DNA of 64,000 nt. It comes from Mobula hypostoma. Its lineage: Eukaryota. Position numbers and translations under genes: made by a program. Each line of letters begins with the position of its first letter. The first letter of the stretch is position 1. The stretch covers positions 5,766,001-5,830,000 of the forward strand of contig NC_086108.1 of the NCBI RefSeq assembly GCF_963921235.1, read 5' to 3'. A model generated the notes under the pieces. That model ran no database searches. It was not told the origin of the DNA and worked only from the letters and a program-made list of their open reading frames with translations. Of the stretch, positions 12,501 through 25,760 are shown in pieces.

Positions 12501-14050
12501 AGTGGATAGGGGAGAACCAGTGGATGTGGTATATTTGGATTTTTAAAAGGCTTTTGACAAGGTCCCACACAGGAGATTAGTGTGCAAACTTAAAGCACAC
12601 GGTATTGGGGGTAAGGTATTGGTGTGGGTGGAGAATTGGTTAGCAGATAGGAAGCAAAGAGTGGGAATAAACGGGACCTTTTCAGAATGGCAGGCGGTGA
12701 CCAGTGGGGTACCGCAAGGCTCAGTGCTGGGACCCCAGTTGTTTACAATATATATTAATGACTTGGATGAGGGAATTAAATGCAGCATCTCCAAGTTTGC
12801 GGATGACACGAAGCTGGGTGGCAGTGTTAGCTGTGAGGAGGATGCTAAGAGGATGCAGGGCGACTTGGATAGGTTGGGTGAGTGGGAAAATTCATGGCAG
12901 ATGCAATTTAATGTGGATAAATGTGAAGTTATCCACTTTGGTGGCAAAAATAGGAAAACAGATTATTATCTGAATGGTGGCCGATTAGGAAAAGGGGAGG
13001 TGCAACGAGGCCTGGGTGTCATTATACACCAGTCATTGAAAGTGGGCATGCAGGTACAGCAGGCGGTGAAAAAGGCGAATGGTATGCTGGCATTTATAGC
13101 GAGAGGATTCGAGTACAGGAGCAGGGAGGTACTACTGCAGTTGTACAAGGCCTTGGTGAGACCACACCTGGAGTATTGTGTGCAGTTTTGGTCCCCTAAT
13201 CTGAGGAAAGACATCCTTGCCTTAGAGGGAGTACAAAGAAGGTTCACCAGATTGATTCCTGGGATGGCAGGACTTTCATATGAAGAAAGACTGGATGAAC
13301 TGGGCTTGTACTCGTTGGAATTTAGAAGATTAAGGGGGGATCTGATTGAAACGTATAAGATCCTAAAGGGATTGGACAGGCTGGATGCAGGAAGATTGTT
13401 CCCGATGTTGGGGAAGTCCAGAACGAGGGGCCACAGTTTTAGGATAGAGGGGAAGCTTTTTAGGACCGAGATTAGGAAAAACTTCTTCACACAGAGAGTG
13501 GTGAATCTGTGGAATTCTCTGCCACAGGAAACTGTTGAGGCCAGTTCATTGGCTATATTTAAGAGGGAGTTAGATATGGCCCTTGTGGCTACGGGGGTCA
13601 GGGGGTATGGAGGGAAGATCAGTGTTGGATGATCAGCCATGATCATAATAAATGGCGGTGCAGGCTCAAAGGGCCGAATGGCCTACTCCTGCACCTATTT
13701 TCTATGTTTCTATCCTTGAATGGAAAATCCCATAACGAGTAGTGGATGCGGACCAGTTGAACACTGGTAAAGCCCTCCTCACCATTCAGCACATCTACAT
13801 GGAGAGTTGTTGCTGAAAAGTAGCATCCATCATCAGGGACCCCCAGCACCCAGGACATGCTCTCTTCTCGCTGCTGCCATTGGGTACGGGAACCTCAGGA
13901 CTCACACTACCAGGTTCAGGAGCAGTTACTATCCCTCAACCATCAAGCTCCTGAACCAAAGAGGATAACTTCACTCAACTTCACTTGCCCCATCGTTGAA
14001 ATGTTCCCACAACCTATGGACTCACTTTCAAGGACTCTTCAGCTCAATAT
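9560..14050 (+). mobile_element. Decayed Rex/Babar-type LINE hosting the CR1 at 10865-13713
   Basis: Fragments [48 protein letters not shown]; host sequence CACCAA-TAT-CCTTGAATGG rejoins across the CR1. Confidence 0.82.
10865..13713 (+). mobile_element. Near-complete CR1 LINE ORF2 (AP endonuclease + RT), young, inactivated
   Basis: ITETWL, GVVYRPP, MGDFN, SDHN (endonuclease); VPQGSVLGP, KFADDTK (RT); frameshift near 12475, stop at 12544-12546; TTCTATGTTTCTAT tail. Confidence 0.95.
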
Positions 14051-14677
14051 TTATTGCATGGATGCTTGTTTGATTATCTATTTATTTATCAATCAATTTA
14101 TTAATTCATCTGTCTATTTATAGATAATAATTATTATTATTTTAGTTTGTTGTTTTTTGCACACCATTTGAATGCCCAGTTGGTATGGCCTTTCATTGAT
14201 TCCATTATGGTTGTTGGATTTATTGAATACACCCCCAAGAAAACAACCCTCTGGATTGTAAATGGTGATGTATGAGTATTTTGAGAATAAATTTACTTTG
14301 AATCTTGAACTTTGACCTGAGTACACTGAGCAATAGCCTGTGAGTGACCATAGGATATAGGAGCAGAATTAGGCCATTCAGCTCATCGAGTCTGCTCCGC
14401 CAATCTGTCAGGTCTGATTTATTGTCCCTCTCAACCCCATTCTCCCGACTGCTCCCAGTAACCTATGTTGCCCTTTACTAATCAACCTCTTCTTTAAATA
14501 TACCCAGTGACTTGGTCTCCACAGCTGTCTGAGACAATGAATTCCAGAGATTCACCACTCTCTGGCTAAAGAAATTCCTCCTCATCTCTGTTCTAATGAG
14601 ATAACCTTGTACTCCGATGCTGTGCCCTCTGGTCCTAGACTCCCCCACTATAGGCAACATCGTCCCCACGTCCACAC

Positions 14678-15345
14678 CATTCGCTGGTGGGGTTCGAGTT
14701 TCACATTCTGAGCGTGTCTTCTGATTCCCCTGCAACTATCTGTTGACCTTCCTCACAAGGGGACAACTTCCCCGTGCTCTCTATCCAACCGCCCTCCATC
14801 AAAGACCTCTCCCCTTGGTCTCTTCAAAGAAAACACACCCATGCTGCACACGGCTGGCGCCTGCTATAGTGACTTTCACAAATAGCGGTGTCAGGGCAGG
14901 GAGAATGTTCGCTCGGTAAAATTCCGTGGCGTATTGCATGTGGCATTCTGGACCATTACTTCGACTGTCGTTCCTCTGCGCATGTTGCATCTCAGGAGCA
15001 GCAGACAGACAGAACAAATCGGGCCGACTCAGAGAATTGTTTCAGACTAAAGGACTTTAATTATACATGATATCACGGAGAGCCCCCGCACCTAAGCTCC
15101 GCTTAGCTTTCAGACACGCTTCATTATATAGACACAGCGTACGTAACTAAAAGCACTTAACAAGAACGGTGCGTGACTTTGAACTTAGAACTAGATTGCA
15201 ACAAACAAGAACGTTACGTGACTTTGAACCTTGAACTAAATCACAACATTTTGGCCGCACTCCAGCCGGCGCTGCAATCTCAGTTCTTGCAAGGACTCCA
15301 GCTAAATCTCAGGAGCATTCACAAGCGATTAGGTTAACCCCTACA
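14678..15345 (-). mobile_element. Probable LTR plus adjacent leader of an LTR retroelement, inserted in a CR1 remnant
   Basis: On the minus strand: TGTAGG start (15345), two ~44-bp direct repeats, TATATAA (near 15130), ATTAAA (15061-15056), ACA ends at 15038 or 14983; CpG-rich. Confidence 0.5.
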
Positions 15346-15389
15346 TATCCAAAGAGCCTTAAATTCTTCCACACCGCACATCGGGCGGC

Positions 15390-15550
15390 CTTACCGTTTC
15401 TTTAGCACTTGTCTGTTTTTTACGAGGCCGAGTTGTTAGCTCGACGCTCAGCCCAACGCGGACGGAAAGTGTGCAAGGAGCTGGTTGGATTCGAACCCGG
15501 GACCTCTTGCCTGAAAGTCCGGTGTAGATGCCACTGCACCACCGGCCAGC
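15390..15550 (-). mobile_element. tRNA-headed SINE
   Basis: Minus strand A-box TGGTGCAGTGG and B-box GGTTCGAATCC, followed by a non-tRNA body. Confidence 0.75.
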
Positions 15551-17997
15551 TAATTACTTTGATTGGCGCATCATAAATCATTTATAGAATTGCAAATATA
15601 CCCCAGCTGAAATGGATTTAAAATGACATGAATCATGAGAAAGCAGCACTCCTTTCTGAACTGGTCGCCCCATTTTCACATGTGGTATGGTTTATTTTAC
15701 TTGTAAGCAAGCTATAAGGACAACAAAACTCTTCATCGGGCAAGAACTTACCAAAACACAAAGTTTGCAGATCCTAGAAATCCAGAGTGACACTCTCAAA
15801 ATGCTGGAGGAGCTCAGCAGGTCAGGCAGCATCTATGGAAAAGAGTGAACAGTTGACGTTTCAAGCCGAGATCCTTCTCCAGCCCTTGACCTTTTCCACC
15901 CACCTGGCTTCACCTTTCTCCTCCCACCTTCCCCTCCCTCCATCATTTTATTTTGGCAGTGACTGGAAAAGAAAGGGGAAGATTCAACAGAATAAAAGGT
16001 AGTGGGAGGGGAAGGAGGCTAGCTAGGTGATAGGTGAAGCCAGGTGGGTGGGAAAGGTCAAGAGCTGGCAAAACATAGAACATAGAAATCTACAGCACAT
16101 TACAGGCCCTTTGGCCCACAATGTTGTGCCAACCATGTAACCTACTCTAGAAACTGCCTAGAGTTTCCCTACCGCACAGCTCTCTATTTTTCTAAGCTCC
16201 ATGTACCTATCTAAGAGTCTCTTAAAAGACCTTATTGCATCTACCTCTGACACCCCCCCCCACTGCACCCAAGCACCTTAACATTATGCCCCCCTGTGTT
16301 AGCCACTTCAGTCCTGGGAAAAAGCCTCTGGCTATCCACATGATCAATGCCTCTCATCATCTTAGACACCTCTATCAGGTCACCTCTCATCCTCCGTCGC
16401 TCCAAGGAGAAAAGGCCAAGTTCACTCAACCTATTTTCATAAGGCATGCTCCCCAATCCAGGCAACATCCTTATAAATCTCTTCTGCACTCTCTCTATAG
16501 TTTCCACATCCTTCCTGTAGTGAGATGACTGGAACTGAACACAGTGGGGTCTAACGAAGGTCTTGTATAGCTACAAGAAGGGATCTGATAGGAGAGGAGA
16601 GTAGACCATAGGGGAACGGGAAGGAGGAGGGGACCTAGGTGGAGGTGAGAGGCAGGTGAGAAGAAGTGAAAGGCCAGAGTGGGGAATAGAAGGAGAGGGG
16701 AGAAGGGAAGGGAATTTTTTGTTTACCAGAAGGAGAAATCGATATTCATGCCATCAGGTTGGAGGTTACCCGGTTGGAATATAAGGTATTGCTCCTCCAC
16801 TGGCAAGACGAAGTTGGCAACCCAAGAACAGAAGTTGAACAGTTTAGCTTATGGGCTTCAGATTGTGAACTTCTGGAGAGGGAGATTGAAAATTTGACTG
16901 AGTGGTGTAATAACAACAGCAACCTCTCACTCAATGTCATTAAGACCAAAGAACTGATAACAGACTTCAGGAGAGGGAAACCAGAGGTCCATGAGCCAGT
17001 AATCATCGAAGGATCAGAGGTGGAGACGGTCAGTAACTTTAAATTCCTGGTGTCATTATTTCTGAGGAACTGAACTTCTATAGATGTGTGGTGGAAAGTA
17101 TGCTGACTGGTTGTATTATGGCCTATTATGGGAACACCGAAGACTTTGAGTGGAAAATCCTACAAAAGATGGTGAATTTACCCAGTACATTATGGGTAAA
17201 ACCTCCCAACAATTGAGCATATCTTCATGAAACATTACTGTAGAAAAGCAGCATCCATCATCAAAGGTCCTCACCACAGGTAGAAGGTACAAAAGTCTCA
17301 GGACTTGCATCACCAGGTTCAAGAACAGTTACTACCTCTCAACCATCAGGCTCTTGAACAAAAGGGGATAACTACACTCATTCTATTTCTAATGTTCCCT
17401 CAACCGATTTTATCTTGTTATTTCATGTTCTCGTTGTTAATTGCTATTTATTTATATTTACATTTGCACAGTTTGTTGTTCATTAATCCTGTTTACAGTC
17501 ACTGTTCTATAGATTTACTGAGTATGCCCGCAGAAAAAGAATCTCAGGGTTGTATGTGGTGACATACATGTAGTCTGACAATAAATTTTACTTTGAACTT
17601 TAAACCTGTCCCAACATGAAACGAGCTGAAAGATTAGCTTTATTTGGTGCATGTACATTGAAACATGCAGTGAAACACGTCGTTTGTGTCAATGGCCAAC
17701 GCAGCTACTGGAGACAGCCTGTGGGTGTGGCCACGCTTCTGGCACCAACACAGCATGCCCACAACTTACTAACTGTAACCAGTGCCTCTCTGGACTGTGG
17801 GAGGGAACGCATGTGGTCACAGGGTAAATATACAAACTCCTTACCGGCAACAGCAGGATTGAACTCCAACTGGTGATCGTGCTAACCACTACGCCCCCAC
17901 GCTGCCCAAAATGTTAACATTTTAGGTTGCTTCCCCAAAACAGGGAACATTCTACTTCGAGGCACAATCGCTTATTGGCTTCTCTCTGATTCCGCAG

Positions 17998-18097
17998 GTT
18001 CAGTGCCACAAGTTGACTGGCTACTGCTGGTGCGTAACACCCGAGGGCAAACCGGTCAGTGGCTCTTCGGTGCACAACCAGACTCCCACCTGCTCAG
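17998..18097 (+). CDS. smoc1: SMOC exon (exon 4 equivalent): C-half of thyroglobulin domain 1
   Basis: tccgcag|GTT...TCAG|gtacgg; 100 bp, phase 0 to 1; VQCHKLTGYCWCVTPEGKPVSGSSVHNQTPTCS contains the QC and CWCV motifs. Confidence 0.95.
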
Positions 18098-18450
18098 GTA
18101 CGGTCATGTACACACACGCACACACTGCTGTCACGTGGGGGGTTAGTGTACTGGTCGGTGGAAAGCCGCTTCCGTCGTGCCGGTCATCGACTGGCCCGTT
18201 TGAAGGATGTGGCAGCTCTTTCCCATTGGTCACCTTGTGTGCCGCGGCTCCGGTGTCCGGTGTCCGGTGTCCGGTTTCTGGCACCTCAGTGTATGAGAAT
18301 AGCAGGTGAGGGAGGCTCGGTCTCTCGGCTTTTGTCTCCAGGCCACTCTTCACAGTGAAGTCGTGACCGGTGCTGAAGGGCCACTGGGAAGGTACGCTCA
18401 GACACAGAAGGCCCGTGCGCACTCTTAGCGAAGTATCTGCTTGTTGAATA

Positions 18451-18650
18451 AACAACACACATCAAAGTTGCTGGTGAACGCAGCAGGCCAGGCAGCATCT
18501 CTAGGAAGAGGTACAGTCGACGTTTCGGGCTGGCGGCCCCAAATGTCGACTGTACCTCTTCCTAGAGATGCTGCCTGGCCTGCTGCGTTCACCAGCAACT
18601 TTGAGGTGTGTTGCTTGAATTTCCAGCATCTGCAGAATTCCTTGTGTTTA
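18451..18650. mobile_element. Fold-back Penelope-like terminal-repeat insertion with 13-bp TSD
   Basis: Arms 18453-18530 and 18536-18613; TSD TGCTTGTTGAATA at 18438-18450 and 18651-18663. Confidence 0.85.
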
Positions 18651-21640
18651 TGCTTGTTGAATATTTAGTTTTGTAGTCTGTGTAACTTTGGGGAGACTTG
18701 GATGTTTGGTGGAATCTTTTACTGTTGGTAAATAAATGATTAATATGCTTATTCGTAGTCAGGGTTTTCTGTCTCACTCACCAAACCCATGAACCTGCAA
18801 TGGTTTCCCAAATCAAAGGAGCCAAGAGAAAAATCTGTTTTGCTTGTTGAATGACTTATTTGCAGAATTAGGAAGTGAAGACAAATATTTAATTTGGATA
18901 TAAACCAAACTCTTGATGCTGGAAATGGGAAACAAACCCGGAATGTTGGAATTACTCAGCGGCTAGGGCGGCATCTATGGATTTGGGAAAAGTAACACTT
19001 CAGGTCAAAGATTCTTCATTGGGATTCTCAAAGGCAAAGTAACAAATCTGCTGGAGTGGTCCATTGTGTCCAGGGCAATTCACACAGCCTCCTCTATGTT
19101 GGCAAGACCCCTCATGAATTGGGAGACCGCTTTGTCGAGCACCTCCGCTCCATTGTCGAATGTTGTGTGTTTGACTGTCTTTTTTAAAAATCGGTTCTTT
19201 TGGGTTTCTTTGTTTTGTGGCTGCCTGTTAGGAGATGAATCTCAAGGTTGTGTAATGTATATGCACTTTGAACTTTTAAATATAGATGCTGGAAATACAA
19301 AGCAGCACACACACAAAATGCTGGAAGGCTCAGCAGGTCAGGCAGCATCGATGGAGAGGAATAAACAGTTGACTTTTTGCTTACAACCTTTTCTCAGGAC
19401 AGGAAAAGAAGGTGGTGCCAGAATAAGAGAGTGGGGGAGGGGAAGGATAACATGCTGGCGGGTGATAGGTGAAGCCAAGTGAGGGGGAAAATGACTGGAG
19501 GTTGGATGAAGTGATAAGCTGGGAGGTGATTGGTGGATAAGATAAAGTCCTGAATCTGATAGGAGAGGAGAGTGGATGATGAGAGAAAGGAAGAGAACCA
19601 GAGGGAGGTGATGGGCAGGAGAGGAAAAGAGAAGGGGTTAGAGGGTGTCAGAATGGGGAATGGAAAATGAGGGAAGGGGGAGGGGGAGAAATTACCAGAA
19701 GTTAGAGAAAGCAAAGTTCATGCCATCAGGTTGGAGGCTGCCCATAATTAAAGGATTATGTAAATCTGGACGAAACATTTGCATTTATAAGACCGTAAGA
19801 TATAGGAACAGAATTAGGCCATTTGGCCCATCGAGTCTGCTCTGTCATTTCATCATGACGGATACATTTTCTTCTCTCAACCCCAATCTCCTGCCTTCTC
19901 CTCATCTCCCTGCATGCTTTGAGCAATGAAGAATCTATCAACTTCTGCCTTAATTATACATACAGATCGGGGTCACTACCTCCCTGTAGCTCCAGTCCAT
20001 CACCTCTTTACTTTCCCTAACAAGCCGCAGGATGGACCTATGCAGGATCACTTCTACTGTGTCAGTGCAGTACTCCTATCGACAATTGTCAGTGTTGACT
20101 TTGTCCTCAGGATTATGGGGTGGAGGGGGGTGGGGGCTTCAGCCACAAACACCTGACTCTAGGAATGGTGGCCTATGAGCCACACCTAGGGTACTGCATG
20201 AGTGTGTTACATCCATGTTCCTCACCAGCCCCCACTTCCTTCCCAAGCATAAGCAGCTTGGCAAAAAACATCAAAGTTCCAAGTACATTCATTCTCAAAT
20301 TATGTCTACTATATACAACCTTGACATTCATCTCCTTACAGACAGCCACAAAACAAAGAAACCCAATAAAGTCTACCAAAAGAAAGACCACCAAACACCC
20401 AAATGTGGAGAGAAAAAAAAAGCAAATCATGCAAGTAGCATTCAGAACTGAAGTTTATGAAGCTGGGTCCACGGCCGCGAAGCCAGTCGTCACTGCAACC
20501 GACCCAGGAGCCCGTTAGCTGCAGGCCACAGCCTCAGCTCAGTGCAGAGACGAGCAATCCTTGCAGAGCAGCAAGCAGAACCCCAGCCCATCCCTCGGCT
20601 CTGGGCCTGACACCCTGACCATTTCGGTCTGCCCGGCGCTTAAATTGTCCAGACCTCGGGTCATTCTCGCCCTGGGGCCTGGACCAGGAGTGAGGAACAA
20701 CCCCTGGTTTGACCAACTTTAAACAGGAGAAATGGATTACTGACTACCAGAGGTGAGGGAAATAACTCGTTAGGAATGGGTCGTTAGACCAGCAACAACC
20801 AAGTCCTCGAGCTAACCTGCACAGATCTAATTGTACTTCAGTGATCATTACATTTAGTCCGTAACTTCCCTTTGGACTTGGAGGCAGTTCGGTGCAGCAC
20901 ACTGAGGCAAGCCGAAGCAGCTGACCCATCACTGAGAGTCAGGAAGACCCAAAGTCCGACCGGGCCGAATTGGAAAGATCGGGTACAGGCGGAATCGAGG
21001 CAGCGAGTGCCAGGCCTCAGAGCCTATCGAGGCAACTGAGACCGATGCTTGGACGTCGAATTAGATGCCGGGCCAGACTGAAAAGGTGAGGGCCGAGCCG
21101 GTTCAGCTCACTGCTCTGCGCTGAACTATGGGTCTCGGACTCTCTTTGTGGTCTTCAGTTCAGAACACTATTTGCCTGCGGTTATTATTTGAATGATTTT
21201 TTCTCTCTCTGCCATTGGGGTTCTTTTGGGTTTCTTTGTTTTGTGGCTGCCTGTTAGGAGGCGAATGTTAGGTTGTATAATGTATATGTACTTTGAACTT
21301 TGAGCAAAGGAACACCATGGTCACCTCTTTCACTACCATGGACTTGTCTCTGACTGCGTTTGTGTTTTTACACTATTGTTTTCATTTGCGCCGTCCTCTC
21401 CTCACTGCCCTGCGTAAGTTAAGTACTGTTCATTGTCTGTAGCTACGTGCCTGTATGCAATGCTGCTGCAAGCAAGTTTTGATTGTACTTGAACCGCGCT
21501 CTACTTTGTCCACAAGACAAGTCCGATGATGAGGAGCCCCTGTACCTGCTGGTCCACTAATCTGGAAATATCAGTGCTTTGAATACTCAGTGTGGTGTAC
21601 CATCAAATTAGAACTTATCCAGAACTGATTTTTCTTTCAG

Positions 21641-21691
21641 ATTTCACAAAGGACAAAACATCCCAGAGGGCTCGTGACTCCAGCAGAACAG
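21641..21691 (+). CDS. smoc1: SMOC linker exon (exon 5 equivalent)
   Basis: tttttctttcag|AT...ACAG|gtaact; 51 bp, phase 1-1; DFTKDKTSQRARDSSRT resembles SMOC1 GSVTDKPLSQGNSGRK; unique sequence between repeats. Confidence 0.8.
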
Positions 21692-24029
21692 GTAACTTTA
21701 AAGCTTTTGGTTATTTTGATTAATTTTACCGCGGTTTGGTTTACCACCCTCCTCCGACCAAAGCAACTTGGCTGACTAACCACCTTAGACCATAAGAAAC
21801 AGGAGCAGAATTAGGCCATTTGGCCCATCGAGTCTGCTCCTCCATTTCATCATGGCTGATCCATTTCCCTCTCAGCCCCAATCTCCTGCTTTCTCCCTGT
21901 ATCCCTTCATTCTGGACTAATCGAGAATCTATCAATCTCTGCCTTAAATATACCCAATGACTTGGCCTCTACAGCTGCCTGTGGTGACGAATTCCACCGT
22001 TTTGCCACTCTCTCGCTAAAGAAATTCCTCCTCATCTCCATTCTAAAAGGCTGTCCCTCTATTTTGAGACTGTGTCCTCGGGTCTTAGACTCCCCCACCA
22101 CAGGAGACATCCTCTCCTGGAAAAGGTGAGAAATTGAGAGGTGTTAACTGTGAGGAAAACTCTATTTTATTAATGTTGCATCAAACTCCAAGGTTAAGGG
22201 GAGTTAATGATCCAAATTTCTGTCTGAAATCCACTAAAGGAAATGTTTTTTGGAGTTGGGGATTTTTATTAAATCATCAGAGGCAAATCCAGAGGGCACA
22301 GCCTCGGAATAGAAGGACATCCCTTTGAAACAGAGATGAAGAAGAATTTCTTCAGGCAGAGAATGGTGAATCTGTGGAATTTGTTGCCACAGGTGGCTGT
22401 GGAGGCCAAGTCATTGGGTGCATTTAAAGCAGAGGTTGATAGGTTCATCATTAGTCAAGGTATCGGAGGTTATGGAAAGAAGGCAGGAGTGTTGGGTTCA
22501 GAGGGATAATGAATCAGCCGTGCTGGAATGGCAGAACAGGCTCGATGGGCTGAATGGCTTAATTCTACTCCTATGTCTTATGATCTTTCAGCAGGACAAG
22601 AGTTTGGTACACAATAGATGTGCTGAAGGGTCTCTGCACTGTAGTGCTTCATGACCACGCTTCAGACCAGGTGACAAAAGGTGAAATTAGACCGGCCTGG
22701 GATTCCCCTGGCCAAAACGCGATGAGCTGAATCAGAGCCAGGTTTAATATCACAGACACGTCTTGAAATTTGTCTTCGTGGCAGCAGTACAATCCAAATT
22801 ATAATAATAGAGAAAAAATGTGCATTAAAGTAAATATATAGATATATACACACACACAAAATAGTTACATTAAATAAGTAGTGCAAAAATAAAAATTAAA
22901 AAGTAGTGAGGTAGTGTTCATGGGTTCAATTCCATTCAGAAATCGGGTGGCAGAGGGGAAGAAGCTGTTCCTGAATCATTGAGTGTGTGTCTCCAGGCTC
23001 CTGTACCTTCTCCCTGATGGTAGCACTGAGAAGAGGGCAAGGCCTGGGTGGTGGGATTTCGTAATGAAGGACGTCATCTTTTTGAGGCATTGCCCTTTGA
23101 AGATGCCCTGGATGCTGGGGGGACTAGTGGCCATGATGGAGCTGACTGAGTTCACAACTCTCTGCAGCTTTTTAACCAATCCTGTGCAATAGCCCCCTCC
23201 CCTCCCCCACCATACCAGACGGTGATGCAACCAGTTAGAATGCTGTCCATGGTACATCGGGAGAAATCTGTGAGTGGCCTGTGATCGAAGTTCCTGTGAT
23301 TTCATGTCCATACAATGCAAATTGATCTGAGGACCAGTTTGAGGATGTTACTGTGGATCCAATACTGAGTGAAAGATCTCAAGTGTCACACAAACCCATA
23401 TTGCACAGAAACAGGCGCTTTAGCTCAGCTCATCCAACCCAACCCTGATGTCTATCCGAGCTAGTCCAATTTGCCGGGCTTTGGCCCATCACCTTTCTAT
23501 TCCATGTGGTGGTTGTACATTGCATTCAACAATCTCAGGAAACCTGTGTGGGAGAGTTTTTAAAGTGGAAAAGCCGTTGCACTGGGGGCAGTTCCAATCT
23601 CTCGACCTCGGAAGTCCAGGTCCAGTGGTGTGAACAAGCATCACAAACTGGGGTTTCCTTGGTTGCAGTGGATGACCGTGACGTCGTCTGTGCCTCGTCA
23701 TGCTCTTCGCTCTCCACAGAGCGTTGCAGTCCCACCTTCCTGGCTGTTGGATCTCTGTTCCATATACTTCTCCATTTATAACACTCTTGTGTGGAAAGCA
23801 GTATAAAGGTTATATTTACTTGTTACATGGACGTCAAAATATACAGTGAAATTTGTCATTCGCTGGGGGCTTAGGGCAACGTTGCCATGGTACTGGCACC
23901 AACATAACATGCCCACAACATACTGACCCTTACTAACCCGTACGATGTGGGAGAAGGCCCACGCGGTCGTGCGGAGAATGTGTAAACGCCTTACAGACAG
24001 TGTCGGGAATTGAAATCCCGTTTTTCAAA

Positions 24030-25545
24030 TCAGAATCCGTCAGGGTTTAATATCACCGGCATATGTTGTGAAATTAGTTGTCTGTGCGGCAGCAGTTCAA
24101 TGCAATACATAATAATAGGAAAAGCATGGATTGCAGTAAGTATATATTTTATATATTAAATAGTTAAATAAGTAGTTCAAAACTAGAAAAAAAATGAGTC
24201 TGAAGTGGTGTTAATGGGTTCAACATCCATTCAGAAATCGGATAGCAGAGGGGAAGAAGCTGTTCCTGAGTCATTGAGTGTGTGTCTTTAGGCTCCTGTA
24301 CCTCCTCCCTGATGGTAACAGTGAGAAGAGAGCGTGTCCTGGGGTGATAGGGTTCTTAATGATGGACGCCAACTTTTAGAGGCATCACTCCTTGAAGATG
24401 TCCTGGATACCATGGAGGCTGGTGCCCGTGATGCAACTGACTAAGTTTACAACTCTCTGCAGCTTATTTTGATCCTGTGCAGTGCCACCCCCCCTCCCCC
24501 ATACCAGATGGTGATGCAGTCAGTTAAAATGCTCTCCATGGTACATTTGTAGAAATTTGTTAGTGTCTTTGGTGACATACCAAATCTCCTCAAACTCCGA
24601 ACAAAATCTAGCTGCTGTCGTGCCGTCTTTATAGCTGCATCGATATGTTGGGTCCAGGATTGATCCTCAGAGATGTTGGCATGGAGGATCTTAAAATTGC
24701 TCGCTCTTTCCACTTCTGATCCTTCGATGAGGACTGGTGTGTGTTCCCTCGTCTTGTCCTTTCTCCAGTCCACTATCAGTTCTTTGGTCTTACTGACATT
24801 GAGTGCAAGTTTGTTGCGGTGTCACCACTCGACAAGCTGATATATCTCACTCCTGTACACCCTTTCATCACCATCTGAGATTCGACACACGGCTGTATCA
24901 TCAGCGAATTTATAGATGGAATTTGAGCTGTGCCCAGCCATCCAGTCATGGGTGTAGAGAGAGAGTAGAGCAGTGGGCTAAGCACACATCCCTGAGGTGC
25001 ACCAGTGTTGATGCCGAGGTGGAGATGTTATTTCCAATCTGCACAGATTGTGGCCTTTTGGTTAGGATCCAGTTGCAGAGGGAGGTACAGAGGCCCAAGT
25101 TCTGGAGCTTTTTGATCAGAACTGTAGGAATGATTGTGTTAAATGCTGAGCTGTAGGAATGATGGTGTTAAATGCTGAGCTGTAGTTGATGAACAGCATC
25201 CTGACGTAGTTATTTGTATTCACAAACAAGAGAAAATATGAAGATGCTGGAAATCTGAGCAGCAGACACAAAATGCTGGAAGAACCCAGCAGGCCGGGTA
25301 GTATCTAGGCTTGAAACCTCAGCTGTACTCTTTTCCTAGATGCTGCCTGGTCTGCTGAGTTCCTGCAGCATTTTGTGTGTTGCTAGGTATTGGTATTGTC
25401 CAGGTGATCCAAGGCCGCGTGAAGAGCAAACAAGGTTGCTTCTGCTGTAGACCCATTATGGCAATAGGCAAATTGCAGTGGGTCCAGGTCCTTGCTGAGA
25501 CAGGAGCTACTTCTAGCCATAACCAACCTCTCAAAGATCTTCAAA
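24030..25545 (-). mobile_element. Decayed Rex/Babar-type LINE 3' part, interrupted by a fold-back PLE insertion (25221-25383)
   Basis: Minus-strand fragments [47 protein letters not shown]. Confidence 0.8.
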
Positions 25546-25760
25546 CCACTGACACTATAAAAACGTTGCACTAATGTGCCTCTCTGGTTGTGCATGAGAG
25601 GCAGCATCAAAGTCAGATCTGGGCAAGGTTGTCTCATGTCTTGCAAATTGTCCATTCAACACTTTTGTTGCTACTAAGCATCTAATCAATGTGTGGGTAG
25701 AATAGATAATACTAACCTCAATAATAGTCCCTTTTCGATTCTTTTCTTTTCTGATCCCAG

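Noticed and set aside
10875..13632. Host gene or active reverse transcriptase gene
   Set aside because: CR1 ORF2, 5'-truncated, with a frameshift and an internal stop.
12543..13646. Long antisense ORFs over the CR1
   Set aside because: Shadow frames of the RT coding sequence with no independent features.
15480..15550. tRNA gene (also about 47005-47066)
   Set aside because: A and B boxes run into SINE bodies and no convincing full cloverleaf is seen; treated as SINE heads.
18013..18309. ORF-track SMOC fragments taken as whole proteins (also 36644-36994, 42428-42679, 45582-45863)
   Set aside because: Only the portions between splice sites are coding; the extensions are intronic read-through.
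25121..25185. 29-bp tandem duplication
   Set aside because: Ordinary local duplication inside a decayed LINE.
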